52,580 nt of DNA from an uncultured Actinomycetota bacterium (GTDB lineage Bacteria > Actinomycetota > Nitriliruptoria > Nitriliruptorales > Nitriliruptoraceae): assembly GCA_964438785.1 (NCBI GenBank), contig CAYTLZ010000002.1:1-52580 (forward strand), read 5' to 3'. Of the stretch, positions 48,731 through 52,580 are shown piece after piece; the stretch's first letter is position 1; each line of letters opens with the position of its first letter. Under the pieces are notes generated by a model. That model was not told where the DNA came from and ran no database searches. It saw nothing but the letters and a program-made list of their open reading frames with translations. Position numbers and translations under genes: made by a program.

Positions 48731-48962
48731 GTCCGGCCCGGCTGCCGCGCTGACCACGGCCCGGTGCGACGCCGGCCGCCCCCGGGACGTCGACCCTGAT
48801 GTCGACCCTGGCCGTTCGGTGAGGGCCGTGCCCTCGCGGTCCCGACGGGCGGCTGTTGTACGCTGCCGCGTCGGCAGCGCCCGGTGGGAACACGCCGCCC
48901 GGCCGACCTGCCACGGGGACCCGCAGCATCCTTCGCCCGACCGACGACGCACCGGCATCCAT

Positions 48963-49661
48963 GTGATCAGGCTCGAGAACGTCACCAAGACCTACAAGCG
49001 CGGCGGCGACGACGAGGTCGTGGCCCTCAAGAGTGTGTCCATCGAGGTCGTCAAGGGCGAGTTCGTGTTCGTGGTCGGTCCGTCCGGGTCCGGTAAATCG
49101 ACGTTCATGAAGCTGCTGACCCGCGAACAGCTCCCCGACGAGGGCGACGTCTGGGTGGCGGGCAAGAACCTCGCGAGCCTGCGGGCATGGAAGGTGCCGA
49201 TCCTGCGCCGCGAGATCGGCTACGTCTTCCAGGACTTCAAGCTGCTGCCCAACAAGACGGTCTACGAGAACGTCGCCTTCGCCCTCGAGGTCATCGGCAA
49301 GGGTCGCCGCGACATCGACAAGCGGGTCCCGGAGGTGCTGGAACTCGTCGGGCTCACCGACAAGGCCCGGGCCCAACCCCACGAACTGTCCGGTGGGCAG
49401 CAGCAGCGGGTGTCCGTGGCGCGCGCGTTCGTCAACAACCCGCGCATCCTGTTGTGCGACGAGCCGACCGGGAACCTGGACCCCTCGACCTCCATCGGCA
49501 TCATGAAGTTGCTCGACCGCATCAATCGCACCGGTGCGACGGTCGTCATGGCGACCCACGACCAGCACATCGTCGACTCGATGCGCCGCCGGGTGATCGA
49601 GCTCGAGAACGGCATCGTGGTGCGCGACCAGACCCGCGGGGTCTACGGCTACGGCAGCTGA
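48963..49661 (+). CDS. ftsE: Cell-division ABC ATPase FtsE
   Basis: GTG start. It has the motifs [28 protein letters not shown] and [11 protein letters not shown]. Confidence 0.9.
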   Translation: MIRLENVTKTYKRGGDDEVVALKSVSIEVVKGEFVFVVGPSGSGKSTFMKLLTREQLPDEGDVWVAGKNLASLRAWKVPILRREIGYVFQDFKLLPNKTVYENVAFALEVIGKGRRDIDKRVPEVLELVGLTDKARAQPHELSGGQQQRVSVARAFVNNPRILLCDEPTGNLDPSTSIGIMKLLDRINRTGATVVMATHDQHIVDSMRRRVIELENGIVVRDQTRGVYGYGS

Positions 49662-49739
49662 CCACCCCCGCGGGCGACGGCGCGGCACCGCGCCACGCCC
49701 GGAAACCCTGCACGACCGACACGACACGGAGTTCGAGGC

Positions 49740-50630
49740 ATGGCCCGTTGGCGCTACCTGCTGCAGGAAGCCTTCATCGGCCTGCGACGCAACCTGATGA
49801 TGACCTTCGCGGTCATCCTGTCGGTGACCGTGTCGTTGACGCTGCTCGGCGCGAGCCTGCTGCTCTCCGATCAGGTCGACCTCGCGACCGACGACTGGGT
49901 CGGCCGGGTCGAGGTCTCCATCTTCCTGTGTGACGACCGGGTCTGCCCCGCGATCACCCCGGAGCAGCAGGAGGAGTTGCGCGACGAGCTCGAGGCGCAG
50001 GAGGTCGTCGCCGAGGTCTTCTATGAGTCCAAGCAGGACGCCTACGACCGGTTCACGGAGCTGTTCGCCGACCAGCCGTCACTCGTGGAGTCGATCGATC
50101 CGGACACCCTGCCGGCCTCCTTCCGGGTGCGGCTCGAGAACCCGAACCTGTTCAACGTCATCGCCGATCAGTTCGAGGCGTTCCCCGGGGTCGAGGAGAT
50201 CGTCGACCAGCGTGAGGTGCTCAACCAGTTCCTGCGCTTCACCAACGTGGTGCGCAACGCCGCCCTGGTGGTCGCCGCGATCCAGCTGATCGCCGCCGGT
50301 GTGCTGATCGCGAACACCATCCGGGTCGCCGCCTTCGCGCGGCGCGAACAGACCTCGATCATGCGGTTGGTCGGTGCCAGCAACTGGTACATCCGCCTGC
50401 CGTTCGTGCTCGAGGGGGTGATCGCCGGGCTGATCGGTGGGCTGGTCTCCTGGGGGCTGTTGTGGGCGACGGTGCCCCGGATCGCCGGCAATCTCGCCCG
50501 GGACATCGAGCTGATGCCGTTCATCGGGGCGACGCAGGTCATCGCGGTCGGGCCGTGGCTGCTGATCGCCGGGACCGGGATCGCCGCGGTCGCGTCCGTG
50601 CTGGCGCTGCGTCGCTTCCTCGACGTCTGA
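49740..50630 (+). CDS. ftsX: Cell-division permease-like protein FtsX
   Basis: The topology is one N-terminal TM, a periplasmic loop and three C-terminal TMs. The N-terminus LQEAFIGLRRNLMMTFA is typical of FtsX. Confidence 0.9.
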   Translation: MARWRYLLQEAFIGLRRNLMMTFAVILSVTVSLTLLGASLLLSDQVDLATDDWVGRVEVSIFLCDDRVCPAITPEQQEELRDELEAQEVVAEVFYESKQDAYDRFTELFADQPSLVESIDPDTLPASFRVRLENPNLFNVIADQFEAFPGVEEIVDQREVLNQFLRFTNVVRNAALVVAAIQLIAAGVLIANTIRVAAFARREQTSIMRLVGASNWYIRLPFVLEGVIAGLIGGLVSWGLLWATVPRIAGNLARDIELMPFIGATQVIAVGPWLLIAGTGIAAVASVLALRRFLDV

Positions 50631-50745
50631 CATCACCCCAGCGGCTCGTCGGCTGTGACACGAGATCCTTCTCGTGGCTCATGTGCTTGCTGTAGCCTGT
50701 CGCCACGCGTGAGTCTCACGGAGCGGTGTTGCCCGGAGACGGAGC

Positions 50746-52293
50746 GTGACGGAGACGGCCGTGGGTGCAGGGGCGAGGTGGAGCGGCCCGTGGGGTCGGG
50801 CGCTGGCCGTCGGCATGGCCATGGTGGTCGTCGTGCCCGCCGTCGGCGTCGCCCAGCCGGATGGCGGGTTGCCGCCCGAGGTGCTGAGCGGTGAACTCGG
50901 GGACCTCGACGACGCGCAGGAACAGGCGCAACGCGAGCTGGCCGCGATCGAGTCACGCACCGGTGACGCCCGTGCGGTCCTGGCCGAGGTGGTCGCGGAA
51001 CTCGACGACGCCGAGGTGGCACGCGCGCAGGCGGAGACGGATCTGGCCGCCGCGTCCAACGCCCGCGACGACGCCCTGGCGGCAGTCGAGCGCGCCGAGG
51101 CGCGACTCGCCGACGTGACCGACGAGCTGGCCGTGACAGAGCTCGAGCTGGCCGCGCGTCGCGCCCAGCTCGACGCGCGGGTGCGGGCCGGCTTCAAGTA
51201 CGGGCAGGTGTCGTTCCTCGAGGCGTTCCTCGGTACCGCCGACATTGCCGAGTTCCTGAACTCCAACACCTACGTCGCCAGTGTGCTGGAGGGCGACCGG
51301 GTCCTGGTCGAGGACGTCATCGGCCTGCTCGACGCCGTCGAGCGTCAACGGGCGACCGCGATCGACCTGCGCGACGAGGCCGACCGGTCGCTGGCCGACG
51401 CCGAGGCCGCGACCGTGGCCATGGACGAGGCCCTGCAGGAGCTCGCGGTGTTGGCCGCCACCATCGACGAGCGGCGACGCGAGCAGGTGGTCGCGCTCGC
51501 CGCCCTGGAGGACGACCGCGCATCGATCGAGTCGCACCTCAGTGGTCTGGAGGTCGAGTCGCAGCGGATCGGTGCGCAGCTGGCGGCCATCGCCGCCCAG
51601 CAGGCGGAGGAGGAGGCACGTCGCCAGGCGGCCGCGGAGCAGCAGCGACGCGAGCAGGAGGCGGCCGAGGCCGCACGTGAGGCCGAGCGGCAGGCCGAGG
51701 AGCAGCGACTGGCCGCCGAACGCGAGGCCCGGCGCGAGCAACGGACCGAGGACGAGGCCCCGGCGTCGGGGTCGAGCGGGTCGGGGTCGAACGGATCGGG
51801 GTCGAACGGGTCGGGGTCGAGCGGGTCGGGTTCGAACGGGTCGGGGTCGAACGGGTCGGGTGACGAACTCGCCGCGCCGGCACCCAGCGCCGGTGGGAAC
51901 TGGGTGCGTCCTGTCGCCGGTCGGCTCACGTCCGGTTTCGGGCCCCGGTGGGGTCGGAACCACAACGGCGTCGATCTCGCCGGCACGGTCGGCAGCGGGG
52001 TCGTCGCGGCACGTCCCGGCACGGTCGTCCACACGATCGCCTCGTGTCATCCGACCAGTTCGTTCGGGTGCGGGGGTGGCTTCGGCAACTACGTGCTCGT
52101 CGCCCACCCGGGGGGTTTCGCGACGATCTACGCACACCTGTCGTCGGTCGCGGTGGTCGTCGGCGACGAGGTGGCGGCCGGGCAGGCCCTCGGTGGGATC
52201 GGTAACTCGGGCAACAGCTACGGCTCGCATCTGCACTTCGAGATCCGTGAGGCCGGTGTGCCCCGCAATCCCTGCGGCTACATCAGCTGTTAG
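50746..52293 (+). CDS. Secreted coiled-coil M23-family metallopeptidase (candidate FtsEX-controlled peptidoglycan hydrolase)
   Basis: It has a signal peptide, roughly 300 aa of heptad-like Ala/Glu/Arg/Leu coiled coil, a (GS[SN]GS)x6 linker, and an M23 domain with HNGVD and SHLHFE. Confidence 0.85.
   Translation: MTETAVGAGARWSGPWGRALAVGMAMVVVVPAVGVAQPDGGLPPEVLSGELGDLDDAQEQAQRELAAIESRTGDARAVLAEVVAELDDAEVARAQAETDLAAASNARDDALAAVERAEARLADVTDELAVTELELAARRAQLDARVRAGFKYGQVSFLEAFLGTADIAEFLNSNTYVASVLEGDRVLVEDVIGLLDAVERQRATAIDLRDEADRSLADAEAATVAMDEALQELAVLAATIDERRREQVVALAALEDDRASIESHLSGLEVESQRIGAQLAAIAAQQAEEEARRQAAAEQQRREQEAAEAAREAERQAEEQRLAAEREARREQRTEDEAPASGSSGSGSNGSGSNGSGSSGSGSNGSGSNGSGDELAAPAPSAGGNWVRPVAGRLTSGFGPRWGRNHNGVDLAGTVGSGVVAARPGTVVHTIASCHPTSSFGCGGGFGNYVLVAHPGGFATIYAHLSSVAVVVGDEVAAGQALGGIGNSGNSYGSHLHFEIREAGVPRNPCGYISC
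51766..51860 (+). repeat. 15-bp in-frame tandem repeat, about 6 units (TCGGGGTCGARCGGR), encoding the GS(S/N)GS linker
   Basis: Read directly from the sequence. It lies inside the M23 peptidase gene. Confidence 0.8.
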
Positions 52294-52355
52294 GGCCGAG
52301 CCCTCGACGGGCGGCCGTGGAAGGCTCCGTCGCCACGTCGCTACGCTCGCGGGCT

Positions 52356-52580
52356 ATGGCGAAGAACAATGGCAAGGGCGACGGCACCAAGCTCATCGTG
52401 AGCAACCGCAAGGCCCGGTTCGACTATTTCCTCGACGACCGTTACGAGGCCGGTCTCGTGCTCGCCGGCACCGAGGTCAAGTCGCTGCGCGACGGCAAGG
52501 GTTCGCTGGTCGAGGCCTGGGTCAAGGTCGACGATGGTGGGGAGGCGTGGCTGATGCAGGCCCACATCCCCGAGTACGCG
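52356..52580 (+). CDS. smpB: SsrA-binding protein SmpB, 5' part (runs off the window)
   Basis: The translation MAKNNGKGDGTKLIVSNRKARFDYFLDDRYEAGLVLAGTEVKSLRDGK is typical of SmpB. It is absent from the ORF track because no stop falls in the window, and the listed minus-strand ORF 52341-52565 is its shadow. Confidence 0.9.
   Translation, partial: MAKNNGKGDGTKLIVSNRKARFDYFLDDRYEAGLVLAGTEVKSLRDGKGSLVEAWVKVDDGGEAWLMQAHIPEYA

Noticed and set aside
50631-50745. A second riboswitch-like leader upstream of the M23 peptidase. It shares the word CGGAGCGG(G)UG with the rpf leader and contains the hairpin CACGAGA-tcct-TCTCGTG.
   Set aside because: The region is only about 115 nt and the shared word is short enough to arise by chance at this GC content. 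The hairpin is more simply a weak ftsX terminator or attenuator.

Overview
This is a very GC-rich, actinobacterial-type chromosomal segment. Third codon positions are almost all G/C, so many long ORFs in the track are antisense shadows of real genes. I support about 48 protein genes and one tRNA. I saw no rRNA, CRISPR array, transposase, integrase or phage genes, so this looks like core or accessory metabolism rather than a mobile island.

Gene order:
- FAD-linked oxidase (3' part)
- YnjBCD-like ABC importer operon ending in an EgtD-like histidine N-methyltransferase
- selB-selA-selD on the minus strand, with a divergent tRNA-Sec
- MftD/LldD-like FMN dehydrogenase
- Copper operon: CsoR box, copZ-like, csoR, copA, small membrane protein
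- GNAT acetyltransferase, GH3 beta-glucosidase, Ser/Thr kinase, one hypothetical
- TetR (PaaR-like), then an orphan PAS histidine kinase
- paaABCD-paaZ on the minus strand
- A 0.6-kb non-coding region, then an Rpf protein with SLH-like repeats
- MarR plus a BtuF-like binding protein, divergent from an MMPL transporter
- CBS, bPH_2-SHOCT, USP, alpha/beta hydrolase, mscL
- Malic enzyme, divergent from tkt
- Membrane hypothetical, DUF427, acyltransferase_3, SLH-VanW
- XRE regulator plus a membrane protein
- MhuD-like ABM protein
- prfB-ftsE-ftsX-M23 peptidase-smpB (5' part)

I found no clear new multi-gene system. The observations most worth a second look are:
1. An egtD-like gene translationally coupled to an ABC importer and abutting a complete selenocysteine toolkit, with no selenoprotein gene in view.
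2. A long structured leader, possibly a c-di-AMP/ydaO-type riboswitch, upstream of an unusual SLH-Rpf gene.
3. A binding-protein ORF with no stop codon of its own, which runs antisense through the whole rpf gene.
4. A shared PaaR-type operator upstream of both paaA and a TetR gene.
5. A paa oxygenase cluster without paaE.
6. Several small tandem repeats and duplications.
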